Positions 39,364 to 49,695 of a stretch of DNA of 64,000 nt are shown here, piece after piece. Both the position numbers and the translations under genes were made by a program. Within the stretch, counting starts at the first letter, position 1. Each line of letters begins with the position of its first letter. Origin of the DNA: Gammaproteobacteria bacterium (lineage in GTDB: Bacteria; Pseudomonadota; Gammaproteobacteria; CAJXQU01); assembly GCA_965238175.1 (NCBI GenBank), contig CBDEGZ010000003.1, positions 768,001 through 832,000 on the forward strand, in the 5' to 3' direction. The notes below the pieces were generated by a model. It ran no database searches and was not told where the DNA came from. It saw nothing but the letters and a program-made list of their open reading frames with translations.

Positions 39364-40935
39364 ATGACGATCAAAATTAGGCGCGCATTAATCAGCGTTT
39401 CTGATAAAGCTGGTATTATTGAACTGGCGGAATCACTTTCTGATTTAGGCGTGGAAATCCTGTCCACTGGCGGTACGGCAAAATTGATCGCTGATCAAAA
39501 TATCGTTGTGAAAGAAGTTTCGGAACACACGGGTTTTCCAGAAATGATGGGTGGTCGTGTTAAAACCTTGCATCCAAAAATTCATGGTGGGATCCTCGGT
39601 CGGCGCGGACAAGATGATGAAGTTATGTCTGAACACAATATTGATCCGATTGATCTTATTGTTGTGAACCTTTACCCATTCGAAGCAACAATTTCAAAAC
39701 CGGAATGCTCTCTTGAAGACGCGATAGAAAACATCGATATTGGTGGTCCGACAATGGTTAGAGCGGCGGCAAAAAATCATGCAAATGTTGCTATTGTTGT
39801 TGATCCAAAAGATTATGAAAAAGTTATCGAAGAAATAAATTCACACGACGGGATCAAAAAAGAAACCTGTTTTAAGTTAGCCACAAAAGCGTTTGAACAC
39901 ACCGCAAGATATGATGGCATGATTGCAAATTATTTGGGTGCGATTGTCGAGAATGATAAGGAAGGCGGAGACAGGTCTGCGTGCTTTCCATCCACATTCA
40001 ATGTCCAATTTAAGAAGGTGCAAACTATGCGCTATGGTGAAAACCCTCACCAACGAGCGGCTTTCTTTGTCTCTGAGAATCAAACCGAAGCAAGCATTTC
40101 TACGGCGAAACAAATTCAGGGCAAAGCACTTTCATACAATAATATCGCTGATACCGATGCTGCGTTGGAATGTGTGAAACAATTTGAACAACCAACATGT
40201 GTGATCGTTAAACATGCAAACCCCTGTGGTGTTGCTGTCAATGAAAGTTTATTAGCCGCTTACGATCGTGCGTATCAAACGGATCCTGAATCTGCCTTCG
40301 GCGGCATTATTGCGTTTAATCGTGAACTTGATGCTGAAACTACAAAATCAATTATTGATCGTCAATTTGTTGAAGTGATCATAGCGCCGGCGGCATCGTC
40401 GGAAGCCATTGAAATATTAAAATCAAAAGAAAATGTGCGATTACTCACCTGTGGTGAATTTAGTGGATCTGCTGCTCGATATGATTACAAACGAGTCAAC
40501 GGTGGTTTGCTAGTTCAAGATGCAGATCTTCTTTTACATCAAGATTTAAAAATCGTCAGTAAGCGTCAACCTTCTGATGACGAGATGCGTGATTTATTGT
40601 TTGCCTGGAAAATCGCAAAATTCATAAAATCAAATGCCATTATTTACGCAAAAAATAATATGACGATAGGTGTCGGTGCCGGACAAATGAGCCGTATTAA
40701 TTCAGCCCGTATTGCAGGTATCAAAGCTGAACATGCAGGTCTTGAAGTTAAAGGATCTGCGATGGCTTCTGATGCATTTTTCCCATTTCGTGATGGTATC
40801 GACGCAGCTGCCGAAGCGGGAATAGCAGCGGTAATTCAACCTGGTGGTTCCATGCGTGATGATGAAGTGATAGCCGCAGCAGATGCAGCTGGCATGGCAA
40901 TGGTATTTACCGGAATGCGTCACTTTAGGCACTAG
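39364..40935 (+). CDS. purH: Bifunctional AICAR transformylase/IMP cyclohydrolase
   Basis: [33 protein letters not shown]. Confidence 0.99.
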   Translation: MTIKIRRALISVSDKAGIIELAESLSDLGVEILSTGGTAKLIADQNIVVKEVSEHTGFPEMMGGRVKTLHPKIHGGILGRRGQDDEVMSEHNIDPIDLIVVNLYPFEATISKPECSLEDAIENIDIGGPTMVRAAAKNHANVAIVVDPKDYEKVIEEINSHDGIKKETCFKLATKAFEHTARYDGMIANYLGAIVENDKEGGDRSACFPSTFNVQFKKVQTMRYGENPHQRAAFFVSENQTEASISTAKQIQGKALSYNNIADTDAALECVKQFEQPTCVIVKHANPCGVAVNESLLAAYDRAYQTDPESAFGGIIAFNRELDAETTKSIIDRQFVEVIIAPAASSEAIEILKSKENVRLLTCGEFSGSAARYDYKRVNGGLLVQDADLLLHQDLKIVSKRQPSDDEMRDLLFAWKIAKFIKSNAIIYAKNNMTIGVGAGQMSRINSARIAGIKAEHAGLEVKGSAMASDAFFPFRDGIDAAAEAGIAAVIQPGGSMRDDEVIAAADAAGMAMVFTGMRHFRH

Positions 40936-40953
40936 ATCAATAGGAAATAGCAC

Positions 40954-42243
40954 ATGAAAATTTTGATCATAGGCGGCGGCGGAAGAGAACATGCGCTGGC
41001 ATGGAAAGCAGCTCAGTCGAATTGTGTAGAACATGTCTTCGTTGCACCCGGAAATGCAGGAACTTACCGAGAAGACAAAGTCAGCAACGTTAATATTGGT
41101 GCTGAAGATCTTTCTGGTTTAAAAGATTTCGCTCTAAAAAATAGAATTGATCTGACAATCGTCGGGCCAGAAGCGCCACTTTGCATGGGTATTGTAGATC
41201 AATTTGAAGCAGTAAATCTTAAATGTTTTGGTCCAACAGCTTCTGCTGCAATCCTTGAAGGATCAAAAACCTTTGCGAAGAATTTTATGTTCCGTCATGG
41301 GATCCCGACAGCTGCAAGTGAAACTTTCACAGAAACAGATCCTGCTATCGAGCGAATTAAAAACAAAGGCGTTCCTATCGTTGTAAAAGCGGATGGGCTG
41401 GCTGCTGGTAAAGGTGTTGTAATTGCACAAACAGAAGCCGAGGCAATCCAAGCTGTCAAAGATATGTTGGCCGGAAATGCTTTTGGAGAGGCTGGTCACT
41501 CCGTCGTAATCGAAGAATTTTTAACCGGTGAAGAAGCCAGCTTTATTGTGATGACGGATGGGAAAACGATTTTACCCCTGGCGACATCGCAAGATCATAA
41601 AGCCAGAGATGAAGGTGATACTGGACCCAATACGGGTGGCATGGGGGCTTATTCTCCAGCGCCAGTGGTAACACCTGAATTGCATGATCGAATTATGAAT
41701 GAGGTTATAAAGCCAGTTGTGGATGGTATGGCTGTTGAAGGGTGTACCTACAAGGGGTTTCTATATGCCGGCATCATGGTTGCAGAAGATGGGACGCCGA
41801 ACGTGCTTGAATTCAATTGTCGTTTTGGAGATCCAGAAACTCAACCGATCATGATGCGTTTGAATTCTGATCTGGCGGTACTGTGTGAAGCGGCGGTGGA
41901 TGGCGAGCTAGAGGGCAAAACTGCTGAATGGGATCCTCGTTCAGCGCTTGGCGTTGTTCTGGCAGCGGAAGGTTATCCCGATTCGCCTCGAAAAGGCGAT
42001 GTTATTAAGGGACTGGATAGTGATCAAATGGATCAATCAACGGCCAAGGTTTTTCATGCAGGTACAACTAACAAAAATGGCGATATCCTAACTGCAGGTG
42101 GTCGCGTACTTTGTGTTAGTGCTTTGAGTGATTCGGTAAAAGAAGCTCAACAGAAAGCCTATGCAAAAGTAGATAAGATTAGTTGGGATGGCATGTTTTA
42201 TCGCAAAGATATCGGCCATAAAGCGATTACAAGAGAAAGTTAA
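40954..42243 (+). CDS. purD: Phosphoribosylamine-glycine ligase
   Basis: GGGGREHAL, GPNTGGMGAY, EFNCRFGDPETQ. Confidence 0.99.
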   Translation: MKILIIGGGGREHALAWKAAQSNCVEHVFVAPGNAGTYREDKVSNVNIGAEDLSGLKDFALKNRIDLTIVGPEAPLCMGIVDQFEAVNLKCFGPTASAAILEGSKTFAKNFMFRHGIPTAASETFTETDPAIERIKNKGVPIVVKADGLAAGKGVVIAQTEAEAIQAVKDMLAGNAFGEAGHSVVIEEFLTGEEASFIVMTDGKTILPLATSQDHKARDEGDTGPNTGGMGAYSPAPVVTPELHDRIMNEVIKPVVDGMAVEGCTYKGFLYAGIMVAEDGTPNVLEFNCRFGDPETQPIMMRLNSDLAVLCEAAVDGELEGKTAEWDPRSALGVVLAAEGYPDSPRKGDVIKGLDSDQMDQSTAKVFHAGTTNKNGDILTAGGRVLCVSALSDSVKEAQQKAYAKVDKISWDGMFYRKDIGHKAITRES

Positions 42244-42248
42244 AAAGC

Positions 42249-42272
42249 TTCCGGAGATTTTCATCCCCGGAA
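42249..42272. terminator. Hairpin between convergent purD and cytochrome genes
   Basis: TTCCGGAGAT-tttc-ATCCCCGGAA. Confidence 0.5.
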
Positions 42273-42291
42273 ATTCATTTCGTGTAGCTCG

Positions 42292-42804
42292 TTATTTTAC
42301 AGATGCTTTGAGCTGCGCGTGTGTAAATAGTTCGTCAGCAGACTCTAGTGGTATATGGCAAGAAGCACAATCAAGGTCATTTTTCTTTGGCTGTCCATCG
42401 GGTGTGTAGATTGCAAAGCCCCATTCATCAGCGCGGTGGGTTGATGGATATTTATCTGACCAATCAATACTTTTTTCCATAACTGCGACCGCAGCAAGAG
42501 CACCTTTTTCGTGGACACCATTAGCACCCATAATGGTTTTGCCGTCTGCATCTTTTTTGAATTTGTAAATTTCCATGATGATGCGTGAACCCGGAACCAG
42601 CTCATCGCCGTATTGAATACTTTTCATTGCCGGTTCATTCGCATAAAGCATGGCAACCTGTTTACCATTATTACGATCTAAAGTGGTGTAATTTGTATCG
42701 GTTTTTTTATAGTCTGTTGGAAAAGGAACAAACTCTGGGTCACCGCCAGCAAAAGCTGCTGTGGTTATGCATATGGATACTAGTGTTAACAATAATTTTT
42801 TCAT
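42292..42804 (-). CDS. Cytochrome P460-superfamily (c'-beta-like) periplasmic haem protein
   Basis: Signal peptide, FPTDYK, LYAN, PGSRIIME, VMEK, WGFAIY, C-terminal CASCH followed by D-x-x-FT. Confidence 0.8.
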   Translation of the reverse strand: MKKLLLTLVSICITTAAFAGGDPEFVPFPTDYKKTDTNYTTLDRNNGKQVAMLYANEPAMKSIQYGDELVPGSRIIMEIYKFKKDADGKTIMGANGVHEKGALAAVAVMEKSIDWSDKYPSTHRADEWGFAIYTPDGQPKKNDLDCASCHIPLESADELFTHAQLKASVK

Positions 42805-42852
42805 CGTCTTAGCTCCTCTTTTTATTTAATATGTTTGCATTTGTATTGTGTA

Positions 42853-42878
42853 CAATATAATTGCATGCAATTATATTG
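42853..42878. promoter_or_regulatory. Perfect 26-bp palindrome, candidate OhrR operator
   Basis: CAATATAATTGCA|TGCAATTATATTG; overlaps TACAAT-ATA-ATTGCA, similar to OhrR boxes. Confidence 0.8.
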
Positions 42879-42937
42879 GTGTCAATAAATATGCTAAAAA
42901 TGTCTAGCGATAATTTCAACGTTGAAGGAAAAAGATC

Positions 42938-43384
42938 TTGAGTAAACCTGAATATGATCAAATAAAGTTATCTAACCAATTATGCTTCTCTCTTTATTCC
43001 GCTAATAATGCTGTCATACGCGCATACCGACCTTTTCTTGAGAAGATTGATTTAACCTATTCACAATTTATTGTGATGATGGCCCTATGGGAAAAAGATG
43101 GAATCAGTTTGAAATCACTTGGGCAACAAACGCGATTGGACTCCGGCACGTTAACACCCTTGCTGAAACGCCTAGAGAAAAAAGGGTTTGTGATCCGTGC
43201 TCGTAGTGAAGAGGATGAACGTTTGCGTATGCTATCGTTAACGGATCGGGGTTGGGAGTTGCGCGACGAGGCGGCAAAAATTCCTGAATTAGTGAAATGT
43301 AAAATCGGCCTGCCTAAACCTGCTTTGCAGGAAACCTTAACTTATTGTGAAGAGATCACGAGTCAGCTTTCAAAAGATAGTTAA
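42938..43384 (+). CDS. ohrR: MarR-family organic hydroperoxide sensor, OhrR-type
   Basis: LSNQLCFSLYSA sensing Cys, YRPFL..DLTYSQ..M.ALWE, LDSGTLTPLLKRLE, DER; two C-terminal Cys. Confidence 0.88.
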   Translation: MSKPEYDQIKLSNQLCFSLYSANNAVIRAYRPFLEKIDLTYSQFIVMMALWEKDGISLKSLGQQTRLDSGTLTPLLKRLEKKGFVIRARSEEDERLRMLSLTDRGWELRDEAAKIPELVKCKIGLPKPALQETLTYCEEITSQLSKDS

Positions 43385-43419
43385 AGAAATGTTTTTCTTT
43401 AATTTAAGTTTTTAGTTAT

Positions 43420-44091
43420 TTAATCCGGGCCATCCCAAGCAAGGAAATTTGCTAATAATTTCAAGCCATCATGTTGGCTTTTTTCAGGATGAAATTGGAC
43501 CGCAAAAACATTATTTAGAGTGATTGCTGAAGTAAATTCCAAACAATAATCTGTCGTCGCAGCGATGACTTGTTTTTGATCTGGCTCGACATAGTAGCTG
43601 TGCACAAAGTAGAAGCGACTACCGGGTTGGATGCCATTCCACATTGGATGATCAGCAACGGGATTAACCTGGTTCCAACCCATGTGAGGTATTTTAAGTC
43701 GTTCACCACTGATGGGATCTTTAGGATCCTCTGGGAAATGAACAACCTTACCCGGGAAAATATCTAGCCCTTTAACACCGCCATCTTCGTCACTTGTTTT
43801 CATCAGGCTTTGTAATCCGAGACAGATCCCAAAAAAAGGTTTTTCATTAATCGCTTTTCGGATCACGTCATCAAGATCCTGATCCTGAAGGTTACGCATA
43901 CAATCTCCAATAGCGCCTTGTCCTGGGAAAACCACCCGATCAGCTTTTGCAACTTCGTCAGCATTGTTAGTGACGACGACACGATGCTTGTCATTGGAGA
44001 GTTCAGCGACATGTTCAATTGCTTTGGAAACAGAACGAAGGTTACTGCCACCGTAATCGATCACGGCGACAGTTTGTCTGCTTGCGGACAT
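43420..44091 (-). CDS. hisH: Imidazole glycerol phosphate synthase glutaminase subunit
   Basis: DYGGSNLRSV, GICLG, PHMGWN, FYFVHSY, QFHPEKS. Confidence 0.97.
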   Translation of the reverse strand: MSASRQTVAVIDYGGSNLRSVSKAIEHVAELSNDKHRVVVTNNADEVAKADRVVFPGQGAIGDCMRNLQDQDLDDVIRKAINEKPFFGICLGLQSLMKTSDEDGGVKGLDIFPGKVVHFPEDPKDPISGERLKIPHMGWNQVNPVADHPMWNGIQPGSRFYFVHSYYVEPDQKQVIAATTDYCLEFTSAITLNNVFAVQFHPEKSQHDGLKLLANFLAWDGPD

Positions 44092-44684
44092 TACAATTTT
44101 CCTTTGGTCGAAGGGAGTGTGCCTTGCATACGAGGATCTGGCTCAACGGCCATTCGTAATGCGCGGCCAAAGGCTTTGAAAATAGTTTCAACGATGTGAT
44201 GGGCATTCCGGCCACGAATATTATCAATATGAAGTGTGATTAAAGAGTGATTCACAAAACCTTGAAAGAATTCGTAGAATAGTTCTGTATCAAAATCACC
44301 GATCTTAGCGCGAGGGAATTTCACCTGGTATTCAAGCCCGGGGCGTCCAGAGCAATCAATGACTACACGTGACAAAGCCTCATCTAAAGGTACATAAGCA
44401 TGGCCGTAACGTCTGATGCCTTTTTTGTCGTTTAGCGCCTTAGTGAATGCCTGACCAAGCGTGATGCCAATATCTTCAACTGTGTGGTGGGCATCAATTT
44501 CCAAATCGCCTTTGGCCTTGATATCAATGTCCATTACACCATGCCGAGCAATTTGATCAAGCATGTGATCAAGGAAGGGGATCCCTGAATCAAGCTGAGA
44601 TTGCCCTGAGCCATCAAGGTTAATACTAATCTTGATTTGGGTTTCATTCGTATCGCGATCTATGCTCGCTTTGCGCTGGATCAT
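44091..44684 (-). CDS. hisB: Imidazoleglycerol-phosphate dehydratase (monofunctional)
   Basis: [26 protein letters not shown]. Confidence 0.98.
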   Translation of the reverse strand: MIQRKASIDRDTNETQIKISINLDGSGQSQLDSGIPFLDHMLDQIARHGVMDIDIKAKGDLEIDAHHTVEDIGITLGQAFTKALNDKKGIRRYGHAYVPLDEALSRVVIDCSGRPGLEYQVKFPRAKIGDFDTELFYEFFQGFVNHSLITLHIDNIRGRNAHHIVETIFKAFGRALRMAVEPDPRMQGTLPSTKGKL

Positions 44685-44732
44685 CTTCTTTATTCCAAAA
44701 CATTATACAATCAAGCTACGATACCAGAATAA

Positions 44733-45662
<930 letters not shown>

Positions 45663-45682
45663 AAAGCCCTATATCGAAATAC

Positions 45683-46561
45683 TTATGCGGCTCTTTTGCG
45701 ACGTTGCATAAAACCAAGCAGAGCCATACTAAATCCAAATAAATAAACACTGGCCGGTAGTGGAACAGCCGTTACATCTCTTGTGCCGACAGTCGCAATC
45801 AATGTTGCAAAATCAGTATAGCTAAAGGCTCTGTCGACTAGCCTTTCAGAGTTGGGCATTCCCGTAGCGCCTGTTCCCAGAAGAGAGAAGTTTGATTCTC
45901 CAGGGTTAGGAACCATTGTAGAATGATTTAAAGAAAGAGTGTGGCCTATTTCATGGGAAATAGTACCGATCAATAAGTTTGCTATTTCCGTTAAGTCAGT
46001 AGGGTCATGCATGATAGTGGCAATAATGTCTGTCAGAACTGAACCAACTAAGGTTCCAGGGTTTATAGGGGGTCTAGTGCTAGTGGCGCGACCAACACAA
46101 TCGTAGCAAGCATGTCCCAGAAAGCCCGCAGCTGCTGTTACAGGGTCGGTAGTATCGCGTTCGCCTACCTTTACAAAATAATAGCTAGTGTCGAGATTAG
46201 ATGGTGCAGTACCAACACTGCCAATCTCAAAATCAATATCTAATTCTTTACCATCAGCAAGAGTACTGGATGTATCTGTCCCGATTGTTGGGAACGCTTT
46301 AAAATCATTCCTTACACCTGTTAACACTGCATTGGTGATGGTATTAAAATTAAAACTACTGCCGAAGGCTGAGGGATCAAAAGCATCTGTAGTCACGTTG
46401 CTATCGCTATTGAATATAGTTTCTGCAGTGCCCGTAGAGGAAAAGTCCAAAACAAACGTCAACGCCTTTACATTGTGGCTGGACAGCAGCAATATTCCGC
46501 TGAAAATAAGTGTGGTGATCGATCCATAAAAATGGGGACGTGTTTGTTGAGAATGTTTCAA
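45683..46561 (-). CDS. VPLPA-CTERM (exosortase-targeted) protein with a metzincin-like zinc motif
   Basis: Signal peptide; HEIGHTLSLNH (HExxHxxxxxH); C-terminal VPLPASVYLFGFSMALLGFMQRRKRAA. Confidence 0.85.
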   Translation of the reverse strand: MKHSQQTRPHFYGSITTLIFSGILLLSSHNVKALTFVLDFSSTGTAETIFNSDSNVTTDAFDPSAFGSSFNFNTITNAVLTGVRNDFKAFPTIGTDTSSTLADGKELDIDFEIGSVGTAPSNLDTSYYFVKVGERDTTDPVTAAAGFLGHACYDCVGRATSTRPPINPGTLVGSVLTDIIATIMHDPTDLTEIANLLIGTISHEIGHTLSLNHSTMVPNPGESNFSLLGTGATGMPNSERLVDRAFSYTDFATLIATVGTRDVTAVPLPASVYLFGFSMALLGFMQRRKRAA

Positions 46562-46649
46562 AATAATTGCTCCTATAGGATACGTTTTATTTATAATTGG
46601 ATATGATCCTAGAACATGCTGTTCAAGGATTACGCTATTTAACTGTTAT

Positions 46650-46705
46650 AGCAAGGTATGGGCTAGAAGATACTTTGAGAAAATTAATTATTTAAATTAT
46701 TGATT
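46650..46705 (-). promoter_or_regulatory. Degenerate sigma-54-like promoter plus IHF site upstream of the VPLPA-CTERM gene
   Basis: Minus strand TAGCCCATACCTTGCT (46650-46665; AG-N10-GC) and AATCAATAATTTA (46693-46705). Confidence 0.4.
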
Positions 46706-46817
46706 TAATTAATATATTTGTAATTCTATTATTTCTTAACAGTGGATTGTAGGTAAAAAAGAGTTCTTTAAAGAACAAATATGTCTCCCACAGGTGACAC
46801 AAATGAGGATTGTGGAA

Positions 46818-47252
46818 ATGAAATTTGCAGAAAAAATACTGTCAGGTTTGTTATGCTGGTTGTTAATGATGAATTCATCTCAAGCTGATTGGGCAGCAAT
46901 CTCGGCAGAAGAATTGGCAAACAGTTCTGATCTGATTGTGGTTGGAGAAATGATCGAAGTGAACGTAGCGCCAGCACCTGAAGGAGATCACAAAGTTAGT
47001 CTGGGGGTTATCCAGATCAAAGAGGTATTGAAAGGGGAACATCAATCTGAAACGCTTTTGCTAAGGATGCCCTATATTGGAGAGGGCGTGGAACTATCCA
47101 GTTCAGACATTATTTTTACTGTTGGCCAAAATGGGCTTTGGTATTTACAAAACGTTGGGAACGATCATTATTTTGTTAATCGCCCTGACAGGTTTGTTAA
47201 ACTAAATCGGGCAACAGACAGAATTAAAGAGTTACGTTGTCGTCAAGATTGA
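46818..47252 (+). CDS. Hypothetical secreted protein
   Basis: GAGGA RBS, signal peptide ...SSQA, S.EELANSSDLIVVGE...IKEVLKG. Confidence 0.7.
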   Translation: MKFAEKILSGLLCWLLMMNSSQADWAAISAEELANSSDLIVVGEMIEVNVAPAPEGDHKVSLGVIQIKEVLKGEHQSETLLLRMPYIGEGVELSSSDIIFTVGQNGLWYLQNVGNDHYFVNRPDRFVKLNRATDRIKELRCRQD

Positions 47253-47353
47253 AGCTGTTTGTTTATGAATTGGACTAGCCACAACTAAACCGAGTTCCAG
47301 GTGGTAATATAGCATCTACCAAGCTCGGAACCCGGAAAACTCATTTCAATAGA

Positions 47354-48223
47354 TTAGCGTAATTTAACGTCTCTACCATTTCGGGGTTGTATGGGTCTAT
47401 TATTGTTTCCGTCTTCTGATGCGTAAGACAGGCGACCCAGTGCATTAGTCAGTATTGAAACTTGTTCTTCAGACCAGCGCACGCTCTGTTTCATAACAAA
47501 CCAGCTTACGCCTTCTGAGCATGGTGGGGTAGTTAGCGAGCCGCTGTATGCATACGCCTTCATGTTTTTAGGAAGAAGATCTTCAACATTTATTCGATCG
47601 TCAAATGAGTAGGTAGTGCTCGCAACTTGAGGTATTAATTGCTCAAACCGCTCATTATCAGGTAAGGCACGGTTCTCCCTACCAGTCCTGATCATAACAC
47701 CAACAACTGCTAATGAACCGTCTGCAGAAGAATGAACCAGATGCATCTCAAGAGGGAAATGCGCACCACCGGCAAATGTATGTTCGCTCGGGGTATGAAA
47801 ATGGAACTGTTTTAGTTCATAGCGTTGGCCGTTGATGTTTATCTCACTACCAGGCTCATACTTAAGCTCTATTGTGTGGCCATTGTTCAAGACTTCAATA
47901 TTTGTATCATAATATTGTAAGTCTAACCGCTTGCCTCTCTTTCTGTTTTCGTGACGTCTGATATTAATAGGTGATTGCAAGGATCCATCTCCGCATGTGC
48001 TCCATTCCGGATCCAGATTAGCCCAATTATTCAGACCGATTTCTCCATCGTAGCCGAAGCTTGAATCTTCGAGAGCATCTTCCAGCAAAATACTGCCGCT
48101 TAATGTTGTTTCTCCAAAGGTAACGTTCGGATAGATTGCTAGTGCAAGATTCGTTATTACTACAGCAATGCTAGATTTTGTAAAGCGAGTGGGGGAAAAT
48201 TTGTTCATGTTCTTTAACCTCAT
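47354..48223 (-). CDS. Alpha-class carbonic anhydrase (exported)
   Basis: QSPINI, NNGHT, QFHFHTPSEH, EMHLVH, YSGSLTTPPCSEGVSW, NRPIQPRNGR. Confidence 0.95.
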   Translation of the reverse strand: MRLKNMNKFSPTRFTKSSIAVVITNLALAIYPNVTFGETTLSGSILLEDALEDSSFGYDGEIGLNNWANLDPEWSTCGDGSLQSPINIRRHENRKRGKRLDLQYYDTNIEVLNNGHTIELKYEPGSEININGQRYELKQFHFHTPSEHTFAGGAHFPLEMHLVHSSADGSLAVVGVMIRTGRENRALPDNERFEQLIPQVASTTYSFDDRINVEDLLPKNMKAYAYSGSLTTPPCSEGVSWFVMKQSVRWSEEQVSILTNALGRLSYASEDGNNNRPIQPRNGRDVKLR

Positions 48224-48383
48224 ATTATTATTAGTTTATCTGCGAATCAGACCTGATTTTGACACAGGTTAAAATAGGATTATTCCTGATAATGGTCTAT
48301 TTTTAATATGTTTCTATGGAGAACTAAGCATCTAGAATACAAGTTTGATGTTACAGAAAGTGGAAATGCTTGTCTAAATTGGC

Positions 48384-49163
48384 TTATTTTTCTCCTCTAA
48401 GCAGGTTTAGAGCAAATAATGCACGCGCATTGAGTGTCGTTTGTTTAACTATTTTTTGTCTATTTTCAGGACGTAAGTCAACAAAGGTATTGAGCACATA
48501 GGTGATAAATCCAGGTTCATTTCGTTGACCTTTGTGATTCATGTCTGGTTGATCTGGTGCATCAGTTTCGAGCAATAACCGTTCAAGAGGTAATGTCTGG
48601 ATCAAGGAGCGAATATTTTTTGATCCAGCAAATGTTGCTGCGCCACCAAAGCTTAAAAAATAACCTAAATCAATCAGTTGTTCCGCTTGTTGCAAGCTGC
48701 CATTAAAACTATGGATCATGCCTTTTCGGTGATCAATTTTTTTGATTATTTTGATCACATCTTCAACGGCTTTTCGAGCATGAATTATGATGGGCAGATC
48801 AAATTCTTTCGCAATTTCTATCTGTGCCTCAAAGAACACACGTTGTTTTATTTGATCGAGATCTTTTAGATAAAAATCCAACCCAGCTTCTCCAACAGCA
48901 ACAGGTTTTTCGTTTTTTATCCAGTCGCGCAGTTGATCAAGATCTTGTTCTTTATGTTGTTCTATAAAATACGGATGCAAGCCATAAGCGGGAAAAACAT
49001 TCGGATATTGATCCGTAATTGTTTTGGTTTTGTCCCAAGAATTAGCGGACACAGCAGGTATGATCATCGCTTCAACGCCAGCCTCTAATGCACGTTGATA
49101 CACCGCATCGCGATCAAGATCAAAACGCGGATCGTCAAAGTGGACGTGTGAATCTATCAACAT
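48384..49163 (-). CDS. TatD-family hydrolase (YjjV-like)
   Basis: IDSHVH, GLHP, VGEAGLD, HSF, LETDAPD. Confidence 0.93.
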   Translation of the reverse strand: MLIDSHVHFDDPRFDLDRDAVYQRALEAGVEAMIIPAVSANSWDKTKTITDQYPNVFPAYGLHPYFIEQHKEQDLDQLRDWIKNEKPVAVGEAGLDFYLKDLDQIKQRVFFEAQIEIAKEFDLPIIIHARKAVEDVIKIIKKIDHRKGMIHSFNGSLQQAEQLIDLGYFLSFGGAATFAGSKNIRSLIQTLPLERLLLETDAPDQPDMNHKGQRNEPGFITYVLNTFVDLRPENRQKIVKQTTLNARALFALNLLRGEK

Positions 49164-49219
49164 ATTATTTCTGTCATTAAAATAAAAACAGGATCAGAAA
49201 GTTGAGGTTACTTTGGAGA

Positions 49220-49672
49220 TTATTTTTGATTAGGCGGAACCTGCAACCAGAATGTGACGGGACCATCGTTTGTGAGAGTGACTTGCATGTCGGCGGTGAA
49301 AATACCAGTTTCGACTTTATTGTGAGTCGTCCGAGCTTTCTCGACAATATAATTATAAAGTTGTTCTCCTTCATCAGATGTTGCGGCTGAAGAGAAGCTA
49401 GGGCGCATGCCTTTTTGAGTATCAGCAGGCAAAGTAAATTGTGAAACCAGCAAAAGGCCACCGTTGATATCAGTAACACTACAATTCATTTTGTCATTGT
49501 CATCAACGAAAACACGGTAGCCGAGTAACCGCTCGAGCAACCGATCAGCTTGCTTTTCAGTGTCGCCTTTTTCGACCCCGATCAAAACAAGTAGGCCTTG
49601 ATCTATTTGCCCAACGGTTTCTCCTGCAACGTCTACTTTTGCTTGAGTGACACGTTGTAGCAGTCCAATCAT
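49220..49672 (-). CDS. dtd: D-aminoacyl-tRNA deacylase
   Basis: LLQRV, SQFTL, RPSF, NDGPVT. Confidence 0.97.
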   Translation of the reverse strand: MIGLLQRVTQAKVDVAGETVGQIDQGLLVLIGVEKGDTEKQADRLLERLLGYRVFVDDNDKMNCSVTDINGGLLLVSQFTLPADTQKGMRPSFSSAATSDEGEQLYNYIVEKARTTHNKVETGIFTADMQVTLTNDGPVTFWLQVPPNQK

Positions 49673-49695
49673 TTAAGATCTCGTTGAGGCGCTCG

